Shown: positions 44,488-52,675, counted from the first letter of the stretch. The stretch: DNA of 64,000 bases from Lachnospiraceae bacterium (GCA_045546255.1 JAZQCK010000038.1:1613-65612); one strand, 5' to 3'. Program-made: numbers and translations. The notes: generated by a model from the letters alone, not told the origin.

Positions 44488-45282
44488 TCATCCCTTTAGC
44501 TCCTTTCGGATCTGCATCAGAGCTTTCCCCAAAATGCTCTGGCCGGTCCACTTCTCCGGCTGCCTTGCCTCCGGGTCGTCCGCCGCAAAGCCAATGCCAT
44601 AGATATTATCAAAGCGGCTCGCCTCTGCGAGGATCGCATTGCCCGTCGCAAGCAAGCGTTCCTTCAAATCCTCATTCTGTGAAAACTTGGCATAGTTTCC
44701 ATCATAAATAATCTTAGCTTTGCACTCATCCCACTTTGCTGAATCAAAGCCACGGATCTCACGGCCGAGTTTCTTGATAACAGCAGGGTCTGTCTCCTGC
44801 ATGATCTTCCCGTAATATTCGAAGTCGCCCATCGCGAGCGCCTTTTTCGCCATCATGTACTGCTCGCAGTTGGCGTACACAACACCATCCACATTCATTG
44901 GCGCTTGATACCACTGACTTAAGAACCCGTTCTCTTCCTCCGGCATCCAGAAGAAGACGAAATCCTGCTGACCAGCGGAAGCCCCGGCTGAGTCGGAAGA
45001 ACTAGCCGCACCAGCCTCTTCGCCAGCCCCCATCGATCCAAGAAACTCAAACAGCTCCTCAAAAATATCATGGTCCTCTTCCGAAATCTCATCGACATTG
45101 ATCTTGAAGAAATCCAATTCCTTCTCGCCAAGAAAATGGATCATCTGATTGACCAGCATGCGGTGCTCAAAGTCCGGATAGTTTTTCCGGATATACCGAA
45201 GGATAATAAATGCTTCTTCCTGGTGCTGGCCGGAAGACTGCAATTCGCTTGCCCGTTTAAATAACTCTAATGCTCGTCCCAT
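44488..45282 (-). CDS. NADAR (DUF1768/YbiA-like) domain protein with a roughly 100-aa N-terminal extension
   Basis: The C-terminal 160 aa carry the NADAR pattern (FLSQWY...YANCEQYMMAKKA...IYGIG...W.G.N.LG.ALM). Confidence 0.75.
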   Translation of the reverse strand: MGRALELFKRASELQSSGQHQEEAFIILRYIRKNYPDFEHRMLVNQMIHFLGEKELDFFKINVDEISEEDHDIFEELFEFLGSMGAGEEAGAASSSDSAGASAGQQDFVFFWMPEEENGFLSQWYQAPMNVDGVVYANCEQYMMAKKALAMGDFEYYGKIMQETDPAVIKKLGREIRGFDSAKWDECKAKIIYDGNYAKFSQNEDLKERLLATGNAILAEASRFDNIYGIGFAADDPEARQPEKWTGQSILGKALMQIRKELKG

Positions 45283-45370
45283 ACGAAACCTCTTCTTTTT
45301 ATTTGCGAAACGAAAGACCCTTCACGGAGCCCGTCGCTTTATGGCCTCGTCTCACAGTACATTTTCTATA

Positions 45371-46120
45371 TTATACATCCTCTCTCCAAAGCATGAAACG
45401 TTCTTTGTTTTTTTCGTCCTCGACAAACAACACACCATTACAATCCAGAAAATACAAAAACATCGTGGCGGCGATGCGTTTATTGCCATCATAAAAGCTG
45501 TGATTTTTTGTCACGAAATACAGCAGATTGGCAGCTTTCTCTTCTAATGAAGGATATACATCCTGCCCACCAATAGTCTGATAAATGTTCCCAATACTGC
45601 CTTTAAAAGAATCATCCTTTTCTCTTCCAAACAAATCTGACTCAGCGCCAAAACGCATACTTTCGATGACTTTTCTGCATTCCTCATATGTGAGTACGTG
45701 GGTTGCAGCATTCCCCTTTGGCCGCTTCATATTTTGATGGTCATATGCGTCCAAAAGATTTAATGCTTCACCATATCTTTCGATTACCGTCAGAACCTGT
45801 TTTGCGTCCAGAGAAGTTTCGGTTCTTTTCATGAGCTTCAACATCTGTCCCAAATCTGCAAGACGTTTTTGATTTACAGAATACCCTTCTAAAATGTATT
45901 GTTTCAGGACAGAATTTGCCCACTTACGAAATTCAACCCCACGTTTGGATTTTACTCGGTTGCCCACAGATATAATCATGTCGAGATTATAGTATTCCGT
46001 CATATGGGTCTGGGATTTCCCTTCAATTGCACCATGCTGAGTGGTAGTCGCAAATTTTGCGACCACCTCTTGATCATCCAATTTTTCCCGCAGCGCATTA
46101 TTAATATGCTTCCCACGGTT
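45371..46120 (-). pseudogene. RhuM-like / Fic-DOC family gene, 5'-truncated
   Basis: RhuM core (YNLDMIISVGNRVKSKRGVEFRKWA) plus a Fic motif HSFYDGNKR. The frame opens directly after an in-frame TAG (46121-46123). There is no ATG, and the usual N-terminal region of about 60 aa is absent. Confidence 0.55.
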
Positions 46121-46209
46121 CTATTCGATGCAATGATTGCTATAATCGAAAAATGCGAGTAAACTGTTTGTTATTCGTTTGGATGTATCGAAGGAATATA
46201 AAGGAAGTT

Positions 46210-47067
46210 ATGTCAAACCAGATTAAAGGAATCTTATGCATATTGTCGGCGGCCTTTTTCTTTTCGCTGATGGCAGTGTTTATTCGGCTTGCGGGGGACC
46301 TCCCCACAATGCAGAAGGCGCTGTTTCGGAACGCGGTGGCGCTGATCGTTTCAATCGTACTCCTGCTCCGCTCCAAAGAAAAGATCGTCATTAATAAAAC
46401 CAATTTGCGCGATCTCTTTGCAAGAGCCGCGTTTGGAACCGTCGGGCTCATTTGTAATTTTTATGCCATCGACCATATGAATATTTCCGACGCCAACATG
46501 CTCAACAAGCTGTCGCCGTTCTTCGCGATCCTGATGAGCATTTTCATCCTGAAAGAGAAAGCAAAGAAGCTGGACTGGATCGTCGTCGCGATTGCTTTCA
46601 TCGGAGCCATGTTCGTGGTAAAACCCGGCTTTTCGATGGCGGCGGTTCCCGGAATCATCGGTTTTATCGGAGGCTTTGGCGCAGGCGTCGCCTATACATT
46701 TGTTAGGAAAATGGGAAAGAACGGCGTCAAAGGTCCGCTCATCGTGTTCTTCTTTTCCGCTTTCTCAACACTCGTCTGTCTGCCGTTTGCAATTATTCAG
46801 TACCAGCCGATGAGCGGAACGCAGTTCCTGTTCCTTCTGCTTACAGGCATTGCAGCAACCGGCGGCCAGCTTTCGATCACGGCAGCATACACCTTTGCCC
46901 CTGCCAAAGATATTTCGGTCTACGATTACACGCAGGTCATCTTTGCTGCAATCTTTGGATTCTTTATCTTCGCTCAGCAGCCGGACCTCTTAAGCGTCAT
47001 AGGATACGTATTGATCATCGGCGTGGCTGTATTTAAGTTTTTGTATGAAAAGAAAAAAGCTGCGTGA
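46210..47067 (+). CDS. EamA/DMT family transporter
   Basis: 10 TM segments forming two EamA repeats. Start set at MSNQIKG. Confidence 0.85.
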   Translation: MSNQIKGILCILSAAFFFSLMAVFIRLAGDLPTMQKALFRNAVALIVSIVLLLRSKEKIVINKTNLRDLFARAAFGTVGLICNFYAIDHMNISDANMLNKLSPFFAILMSIFILKEKAKKLDWIVVAIAFIGAMFVVKPGFSMAAVPGIIGFIGGFGAGVAYTFVRKMGKNGVKGPLIVFFFSAFSTLVCLPFAIIQYQPMSGTQFLFLLLTGIAATGGQLSITAAYTFAPAKDISVYDYTQVIFAAIFGFFIFAQQPDLLSVIGYVLIIGVAVFKFLYEKKKAA

Positions 47068-47090
47068 GTAGCGGGGATATATAAGGAGAT

Positions 47091-47124
47091 AAAAAGTGCA
47101 CGTGGTGACATGGCGCACTTTTTT
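47091..47124. terminator. bidirectional hairpin AAAAAGTGC/GCACTTTTT
   Basis: Stem with A/T runs on both sides, 24 nt after the EamA stop. Confidence 0.5.
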
Positions 47125-47274
47125 AGTGGGTGATTTAATGGACAGTATCTATGTTAGAATGTGGACAAATAGAAAAAAGAAGTTGTTTTGTTCATTGTTT
47201 TAACTCCTTTTTACCTCATTTTTAAATCCTTTCAAGTGCTTGTTGTTTTATCATTTTAAAATCCTTTCGCAAAA

Positions 47275-47295
47275 ACAGCGCCGCAAGGGCGCTGT
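47275..47295 (-). terminator. rho-independent terminator of the zinc-ribbon gene
   Basis: CAGCGCC/GGCGCTG stem followed by T5 on the minus strand. Confidence 0.6.
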
Positions 47296-47324
47296 TTCTG
47301 TATAAAGAAATATCTCTCACTTTT

Positions 47325-47573
47325 TTATTTTTTCTTCACCCAACTATGCCCGCAGTTCTGGCAGACGCAGATGGTTTTCTGGACGTTGACGGTTTTCTTG
47401 CCGCCCCGGAGAGCGCGCCACAAAAGATACCAAAGTCCAAAGCAAATAAACCAAAGGATCCTCCACCACCAACCGATGAAGATCCACCACAACACTCCGT
47501 GCTGTGGCTTCTGGTACACTTCGTTGATGACATTCACATTCACATAATTGCTTCCGCATTTTGGACAGACCAT
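47325..47573 (-). CDS. zinc-ribbon membrane protein
   Basis: CPKCG ... CQNCG pairs flank Trp-rich TM segments. Confidence 0.5.
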   Translation of the reverse strand: MVCPKCGSNYVNVNVINEVYQKPQHGVLWWIFIGWWWRILWFICFGLWYLLWRALRGGKKTVNVQKTICVCQNCGHSWVKKK

Positions 47574-47652
47574 TTTTATCCCTCCTTAGCAGCCTGTTGC
47601 TCCTGCCAATATAACAATTTCATTATATCAATTCTCATATAGAATTTACATA

Positions 47653-47808
47653 TCATTTCCACCCGGTGCCTTCCTTCTCCCAATAGTCTTCCGGCAATTG
47701 CTTGAAGGCGCCGAAGACGATCAACTGCTCAAATAAAAATTTGTCCTCCGCCTTCGAACTCCGAACATCCTCCGCCATTTCTTCCGCCATTAATTCCTCA
47801 TCGCGCAT
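47653..47808 (-). CDS. small acidic protein, 51 aa (hypothetical)
   Basis: Below the track cutoff. Translated by hand as MRDEELMAEEMAEDVRSSKAEDKFLFEQLIVFGAFKQLPEDYWEKEGTGWK. GGAGG lies 8 nt upstream. Confidence 0.35.
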   Translation of the reverse strand: MRDEELMAEEMAEDVRSSKAEDKFLFEQLIVFGAFKQLPEDYWEKEGTGWK

Positions 47809-47932
47809 AATTGCATCCTCCTGCAAAGTATGATTGTTTCAGATGCTCTCATGGTACAAAAAAACCTGTCCGATATAGAGGACAGGTTTTTATCGTCTCT
47901 ATGCTTCTTCAGCGAACTTCAAGGCTTCCTCC

Positions 47933-48337
47933 CTAGTTGATCACTGCAATCACGCTGACTTCGACCAGCGCACCATACTTCATACCTGCCAGGCTCGCAA
48001 CCCCGATCAGGCTGTCCGCCGGATTGTCCAATCCTTCAAACAAAGCAGTTGCCGCGCCGCTTGCAAGAAAATCGTCCATGTGATCTGAAAGCACATAAGT
48101 CGTTGTCATCGCAACATTCTTAGGACCTGCGCCGACTGCTTTCAGTTCAGTCTCAATATTCTTCACGATCTGCTTTATCTGCTCCAGGATATCTCCTTCC
48201 CCAACAATCCTGCCGTCATCCCCGTTGGCGCTGACACCGGAAAGAAAGATCATCTCCTGCGGCGACGAAACTTTGATCACGTTGGTATAAGGTCCTGCCG
48301 GCTTTACATAGCCGTCCGGATTAATTTTCTGTTTCAT
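47933..48337 (-). CDS. RidA/YjgF family reactive-intermediate deaminase
   Basis: YjgF pattern (PAGPYT...GDI..Q..Q...N......A). Start set at MKQKINP with GAGAGGAG upstream. Confidence 0.85.
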   Translation of the reverse strand: MKQKINPDGYVKPAGPYTNVIKVSSPQEMIFLSGVSANGDDGRIVGEGDILEQIKQIVKNIETELKAVGAGPKNVAMTTTYVLSDHMDDFLASGAATALFEGLDNPADSLIGVASLAGMKYGALVEVSVIAVIN

Positions 48338-48354
48338 AGCTACTCCTCTCAATG

Positions 48355-48419
48355 GTGACAAGGGGACGGTTCTTTTGTCACCACCTGCTTTTAGGAGACA
48401 GAGAACCGTCCCCTGTCTC
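48355..48419. repeat. REP-like palindromic units, inverted pair
   Basis: GTGACAAGGGGACGGTTCTTTTGTCAC (48355-48381) and GAGACAGAGAACCGTCCCCTGTCTC (48395-48419). Confidence 0.8.
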
Positions 48420-48422
48420 TTT

Positions 48423-48662
48423 TTACTTTGCTGGGTGCGCCTTCAGCCAGTCAATAATGTCCAGGCTTTCGTACATCGGCTGTCCGTCGATAAATAGGCA
48501 CGGCACCTGATTCATCCCACCAACCCGGACCAGTGTCTCAAGGTTTTCCCTCTCTTTGTGAATGTCGCGATATTCAATGTCCTTGCGGCCGCTCTGCTCA
48601 ATATACTTCATCACGCGCCTGCAATAAGGACAGCTATCAAATTTAAACAGTTCCAGTTTCAT
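48423..48662 (-). CDS. glutaredoxin-like protein
   Basis: CPYC active site, 79 aa. Confidence 0.8.
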   Translation of the reverse strand: MKLELFKFDSCPYCRRVMKYIEQSGRKDIEYRDIHKERENLETLVRVGGMNQVPCLFIDGQPMYESLDIIDWLKAHPAK

Positions 48663-48674
48663 AATTCACACCCC

Positions 48675-49256
48675 CTATATTTCATCTTCCTCATTTGCTC
48701 TACACAAGTCAAAGGTATACACATCCGCAAGTGTGGGACGGTCGAATCCCCAGTCTTCCGTTTTGGTAAGCAGATATTCAAAACCATACTTCAGAACACA
48801 TCGAGATGAGGCCTCATTCTCCGGAATCACATGTCCTGTAACCAGTTCCACCTCGGTATGATTCCGGATATAATCCATCAAAGCGGCAAGACAGCTCGAT
48901 GCGAGTCCTTGCCCCCAGTATTTTGACAAAAACCGATGGCCGATAGAGATGACCTTACCGAAAGGCTTATAGTCATAGAATTCTGCCAGCCCTACAAATT
49001 CAGCCGGATCTGTTTTTTTATAGATCCCCAATATACATTGCCTGTCCCGATCAAGATCCATATGCCGGATCGTTTCCAGTGCTTCTTCCGCCGTTCCCTG
49101 AAGCTCTGCCAAAAAGGTCGGTTCAAAGCGATAGACCTTTGGGTCACTGCGCATCGCCTTCAGACTGCTCAGATCCGGAGCTGTCAGATTGCGAATCACC
49201 AGTCTTTCATTTTCAATACAGATCGGATTATGCCGCCTGCTTTTCTTCTGCTTCAT
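48675..49256 (-). CDS. GNAT family N-acetyltransferase (RimJ/RimL-like)
   Basis: YWGQGLASS acetyl-CoA motif. Confidence 0.8.
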   Translation of the reverse strand: MKQKKSRRHNPICIENERLVIRNLTAPDLSSLKAMRSDPKVYRFEPTFLAELQGTAEEALETIRHMDLDRDRQCILGIYKKTDPAEFVGLAEFYDYKPFGKVISIGHRFLSKYWGQGLASSCLAALMDYIRNHTEVELVTGHVIPENEASSRCVLKYGFEYLLTKTEDWGFDRPTLADVYTFDLCRANEEDEI

Positions 49257-49265
49257 AGAAATCCA

Positions 49266-49290
49266 GAGACAGAGAACCGTCCCCTGTCTC
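49266..49290. repeat. REP-like palindromic unit
   Basis: GAGACAGAGAACCGTCCCCTGTCTC, identical to the unit at 48395. Confidence 0.8.
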
Positions 49291-49330
49291 CTTGCCCTGT
49301 CTTCTTGAATCTTTTTAGTTCTCGAGGCAC

Positions 49331-50347
49331 TTAGTCTTTTCCAACTACGTGCTGATACATTCTTTTAATCTCACTGTCCATATGGGTAGGTTGGATCATG
49401 ACTCCAGGATGCTCATTTGCAAAGACCCTAAAGACCTGGTCCGCAAAGCCCTGTCCCATCCAATCAAGTCCCTCAAAATCTAAAACAATCGTTTTAAAAC
49501 GTTCTAATCCATTACACAATCTTTTTGCCTGAGATCTGGAAATCGGAGCAGAGTCAAAAATCATTTTCAACTTGATCTCTGTCTTGTCAAACTCGCCATC
49601 CCTATTCTCATATTGTGCAAAAACTTCCTGTGGAGTTTTTTTTGTGAAATTGCCGAGTTTCATCATGACTGCCGTTCCGGTTTTAAATGGTAGGTCAAGA
49701 GTGCCTAAAAAATCCTGATTGTATTTGTTGTGGGTAAACAACCTACCATCTGAAATGATGCAGAATTCATCCATCATCCTGGAACTAAAGAAAATCCCTT
49801 CACCTGAATGGTTCTTTGCATCAGTGGTAACTTTCCCTTTAAACAATTCGTCCACTGCATCGTCAATACTTGCAAGATGAAAATAATCTTTGATTTTCTT
49901 GAAGATTCCAACTCCATCATCAATCAGCCAAACCTTCGTCGTTATATAATTCTGTTCCACCACAACATCTACCTGTTCTGCGGCAGAATGATCCATAACA
50001 TTGTTGGTCATTTCACTAAATGTATAGTTCCAAATCTGCTCAACATTTTTCTCAAAATTCCGAACATGCTGATACAAGCATTTATCATATGCGATAGTAT
50101 CCCGATCAAGATCACCATCTGACCTCGTCAAATGATAAGAGTTAGTCTTGGATACCAGTTGATAGTGTCCTCTTTTTGTTTTCTTAATAATATTCTCATC
50201 CAGCAACTCATTGATATATTTATAAAAGGTTGCCTCATTAATATTAAAATTATCGAGAACCACAGAAGAAAGACGAGCCTCCCCCTGATCAATTTTCTCG
50301 AGAATGTATCTGATAATGCTTTGTTTCTTTTCTGCGGTAAATTTCAT
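49331..50347 (-). CDS. wHTH + GHKL (histidine-kinase-like) ATPase + STAS-like (DUF4325) domain protein
   Basis: N-box EMTNNVMDHS, G1 DDGVGI and G2 GEGIFF. The C-terminal region RLCNGLERFKTIVLDFEGL...FADQVF resembles DUF4325. The gene is visibly AT-rich. Confidence 0.6.
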   Translation of the reverse strand: MKFTAEKKQSIIRYILEKIDQGEARLSSVVLDNFNINEATFYKYINELLDENIIKKTKRGHYQLVSKTNSYHLTRSDGDLDRDTIAYDKCLYQHVRNFEKNVEQIWNYTFSEMTNNVMDHSAAEQVDVVVEQNYITTKVWLIDDGVGIFKKIKDYFHLASIDDAVDELFKGKVTTDAKNHSGEGIFFSSRMMDEFCIISDGRLFTHNKYNQDFLGTLDLPFKTGTAVMMKLGNFTKKTPQEVFAQYENRDGEFDKTEIKLKMIFDSAPISRSQAKRLCNGLERFKTIVLDFEGLDWMGQGFADQVFRVFANEHPGVMIQPTHMDSEIKRMYQHVVGKD

Positions 50348-50461
50348 ATTTTATCACACCACACGATCCACTTTACTTGTTTTAACATTATCACAACTTG
50401 TTTTAAGAATCAATATACTTGTCTTAAACTCCTTCTGTTTGTTTTATAACAAGTTTAGCAA

Positions 50462-50509
50462 GTGACAAAGGGACGGTTCTTTTGTCACCTTTTTGGAGAC
50501 AGAGAACCG
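50462..50509. repeat. REP-like units, inverted pair with the second unit truncated
   Basis: GTGACAAAGGGACGGTTCTTTTGTCAC (50462-50488) and GAGACAGAGAACCG (50496-50509). Confidence 0.8.
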
Positions 50510-50790
50510 CAAGGTGAGCCCGGCAGGGCGAGAAGGCAGCCCTCTTCCGTTTCATAAAGGCCGTCTTTTGCCAAGAGAACCGGATTGATCATAACAAGGT
50601 CCGCAAATCCCATGCTGACAATAATGATCTGCTTTTTAACGCCGATCATGTTCGCCGCCATGCCCACGCAGCGATCCCGATTCGCCTTCAGCGTATCCCT
50701 AAGATCCTGCGCAACAGATAAGTCCAGCTTCGTCGCCGGCTCCGACTTCTGCCCGAGAAATAAGATGTCTCTAACAATCGGCTTTACCAT
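50485..50790 (-). pseudogene. def: peptide deformylase, 3'-truncated (lacks the HExxH helix)
   Basis: MVKPIVRDILFLGQKSEPA...GMAANMIGV...EEGCL is followed by unrelated residues encoded by the REP unit, then a stop. No QHExDH motif. Confidence 0.6.
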
Positions 50791-50793
50791 CTC

Positions 50794-51135
50794 TCAGCTC
50801 CATCCTTTCCAGACGTCCGGCTGGTAGCCGACAGTCGCCTGCTTGCCATTGCGGACGATCGGCAGTTTGATGACCTTCTGGTTCTCGAAAATCTTCTCCG
50901 CCTTCTGCTCCTCCGCAATATACTGGATCAGCGCGAGCAGGTCCTTGTCCTTGCATTTTTCGTCGATCAATTTTTCGGCTCCACCAACGGCCTGGCGCAC
51001 CGATTGAAACTCGCCCTTGCTGAGCCCCTTCTCTTTCATATCGACAAAATGGAAGCTGATATTCCGTTCCTTGAAATACCGCTCCGCCTTCTTGCAGTCA
51101 AAATCTTTTTTTGTTCCAAAAATCTGTATGTTCAT
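50794..51135 (-). CDS. ArsC/Spx/MgsR family protein (YffB-like)
   Basis: MNIQIFGTKKDFDCKKAERYFKERNISF N-terminus. Start set at MNIQ. Confidence 0.75.
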   Translation of the reverse strand: MNIQIFGTKKDFDCKKAERYFKERNISFHFVDMKEKGLSKGEFQSVRQAVGGAEKLIDEKCKDKDLLALIQYIAEEQKAEKIFENQKVIKLPIVRNGKQATVGYQPDVWKGWS

Positions 51136-51215
51136 ATTCCGTATCCTTGTCTCTTTCTTACTACCGCAATTATAACATGCAAATATCATTTCGCATATTT
51201 CTATAAGCCTCGCAC

Positions 51216-51451
51216 CGGAGGGACTGTGACCCTTCGATCAGATAGAGAAATCTTGAGAAAGGAGGGCTTAGCCAATGAATGTAATTGACATAATAGCTGT
51301 GATCAGCTTTGCGCTGACCTGCTTCATTGCCGGTTACAGCATCGGCAAAAGATAATCCATAAATACACAGAAACGACCGCCATTCCTGAATAAGATTGCG
51401 GTCGTTCTGTGCCAAAATATCAATTCGGCCTAACCGTCTATCGGTAGCACC
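51216..51451 (+). ncRNA. structured small-peptide transcript, module C (5' arm missing)
   Basis: Hairpin at 51216-51236, SD GGAGGG at 51261, hairpin at 51370-51407 with a compensated T-A to C-G change, and 3' arm GGCCTAACC..GGTAGCACC. Confidence 0.45.
51275..51355 (+). CDS. 26-aa hydrophobic peptide MNVIDIIAVISFALTCFIAGYSIGKR (toxin-like)
   Basis: Paralogue of the 13311-13391 peptide. The differences are mostly synonymous. Confidence 0.55.
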   Translation: MNVIDIIAVISFALTCFIAGYSIGKR

Positions 51452-51462
51452 ATTTATCTTCT
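51360..51462 (-). ncRNA. predicted antisense sRNA of module C
   Basis: Promoter at 51469-51497 and a shared hairpin followed by TGTGTATTTAT on the minus strand. Ends are approximate. Confidence 0.4.
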
Positions 51463-51468
51463 AAATGA

Positions 51469-51497
51469 ATAATAAGATGAGAGCGGCAGAAAGTCAA
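51469..51497 (-). promoter_or_regulatory. sigma-A-type promoter TTGACT-N17-TATTAT directed into module C
   Basis: Identical to modules A and B. Confidence 0.6.
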
Positions 51498-51756
51498 GCC
51501 AGCCACTATCCACAAAGCCGAAACACGTTATAACCTAAGTTCACAATTTTTCCTTTTTTGCTTTAAGGTTCGTCAAAGTTTCAAAAGATATTATACGCAC
51601 ATAGAAAACAAGCGGGGCGCGGAGTCAATCCCCTCTCAACAAAAGCCTCACGCGCTCTGTGACCTACCAATATCGTGCGATACGCACTTACAATTTTATA
51701 GATTTTTCATTTCTCTCCCTTTTCAAAGCAAAGGCCCCGCAGATGCGGGGCTTTTG

Positions 51757-51898
51757 TTGTATACTTCGATATTTTGGTAGTTTACACCACTCTTTTATGT
51801 ATACGTTTATCGTGGATGTTTTTGCAGCAGGAATCGCTGTTGGCAGATATATCGAAAAACACAGAAATGACCGCCACTCGATGCAGTAGGGCGGTCAC
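51757..51898 (+). other. degenerate module D: promoter region fused to the 3' half of a module-B-type peptide ORF plus the hairpin
   Basis: TTGTAT..GTTTAC..GTATAC promoter block joins directly to ..VDVFAAGIAVGRYIEKHRNDRHSMQ* and the GAAATGACCGCC/GGCGGTCAC hairpin. It has no SD, no start codon, no 3' arm and no antisense promoter. Confidence 0.6.
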
Positions 51899-51922
51899 TA
51901 TCCGCAAAGCTGCAGAAGCACG

Positions 51923-52507
51923 TTATCCCCTAACCTCCACCTGGCACGATCTCATCGTTTCCAAAGCGGCTTCATTTTTTTCCGGAGTGACGCCGGCGCA
52001 GCAGGAAGCGTCAACTGAGATCTTTACTTCCGGCATCAGTGCTTTCAGGAGCAGGGCGTTGGAGACAACGCAGATATCAGTGCAGAGGCCAATGAGCTCC
52101 AGCTCAATTTGTTCCCCGACGGTTTCTTGCTTGTCCTCTGCAATCTCATTAAATCTTTCGGCGCGCACTTTCATATCCATCGCATACGCCCGCAAATCCT
52201 GCGCCAGATCCTCGCAGGCAAAGGTCGGCTTCTCATAGATCTCCGCCTCGCCAAGAAGCTCCATGATATCCTCGCGGATCTCCCAGCCATGAGTTCCGCG
52301 GATGCAATGTTCTACCGGCAGGAACTTCCCTTCCTGAGTGCTCAGATAATCCGTCTCATGCGTATCCATCGTCGCAATCACATCTTCCGGCGGATAAGAA
52401 CGGATCTTATCTTTTACCGCCTCAACGATTGCAAGCGCCTCTGGAGTTCCGAGAGAACCGTCAATAAAATCATTCTGCATATCAACAACGATTAATAGTT
52501 TTTTCAT
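51923..52507 (-). CDS. isochorismatase-family cysteine hydrolase (nicotinamidase/PncA-like)
   Basis: LLIVVDMQNDF motif and the catalytic CTDICV motif. Confidence 0.8.
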   Translation of the reverse strand: MKKLLIVVDMQNDFIDGSLGTPEALAIVEAVKDKIRSYPPEDVIATMDTHETDYLSTQEGKFLPVEHCIRGTHGWEIREDIMELLGEAEIYEKPTFACEDLAQDLRAYAMDMKVRAERFNEIAEDKQETVGEQIELELIGLCTDICVVSNALLLKALMPEVKISVDASCCAGVTPEKNEAALETMRSCQVEVRG

Positions 52508-52579
52508 GCGTCACTGCCTCCGATTTTTTCTTTATGGTGTTTCAGTTGTATTCTTGCGCGAATCTTTCTAATCAGACTT

Positions 52580-52675
52580 CTATTTCGCAAGACAATTTGC
52601 ATCAAGGTAACCGGAAATCCACACTGGGGACAAGGAAATCCGTCAATTTGTGCGCCACATCTCGGACATGTCATA
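52580..52675 (-). CDS. possible 31-aa zinc-ribbon peptide MTCPRCGAQIDGFPCPQCGISGYLDANCLAK
   Basis: Translated by hand. GGAGG lies 9 nt upstream. Two CxxC pairs. Confidence 0.3.
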
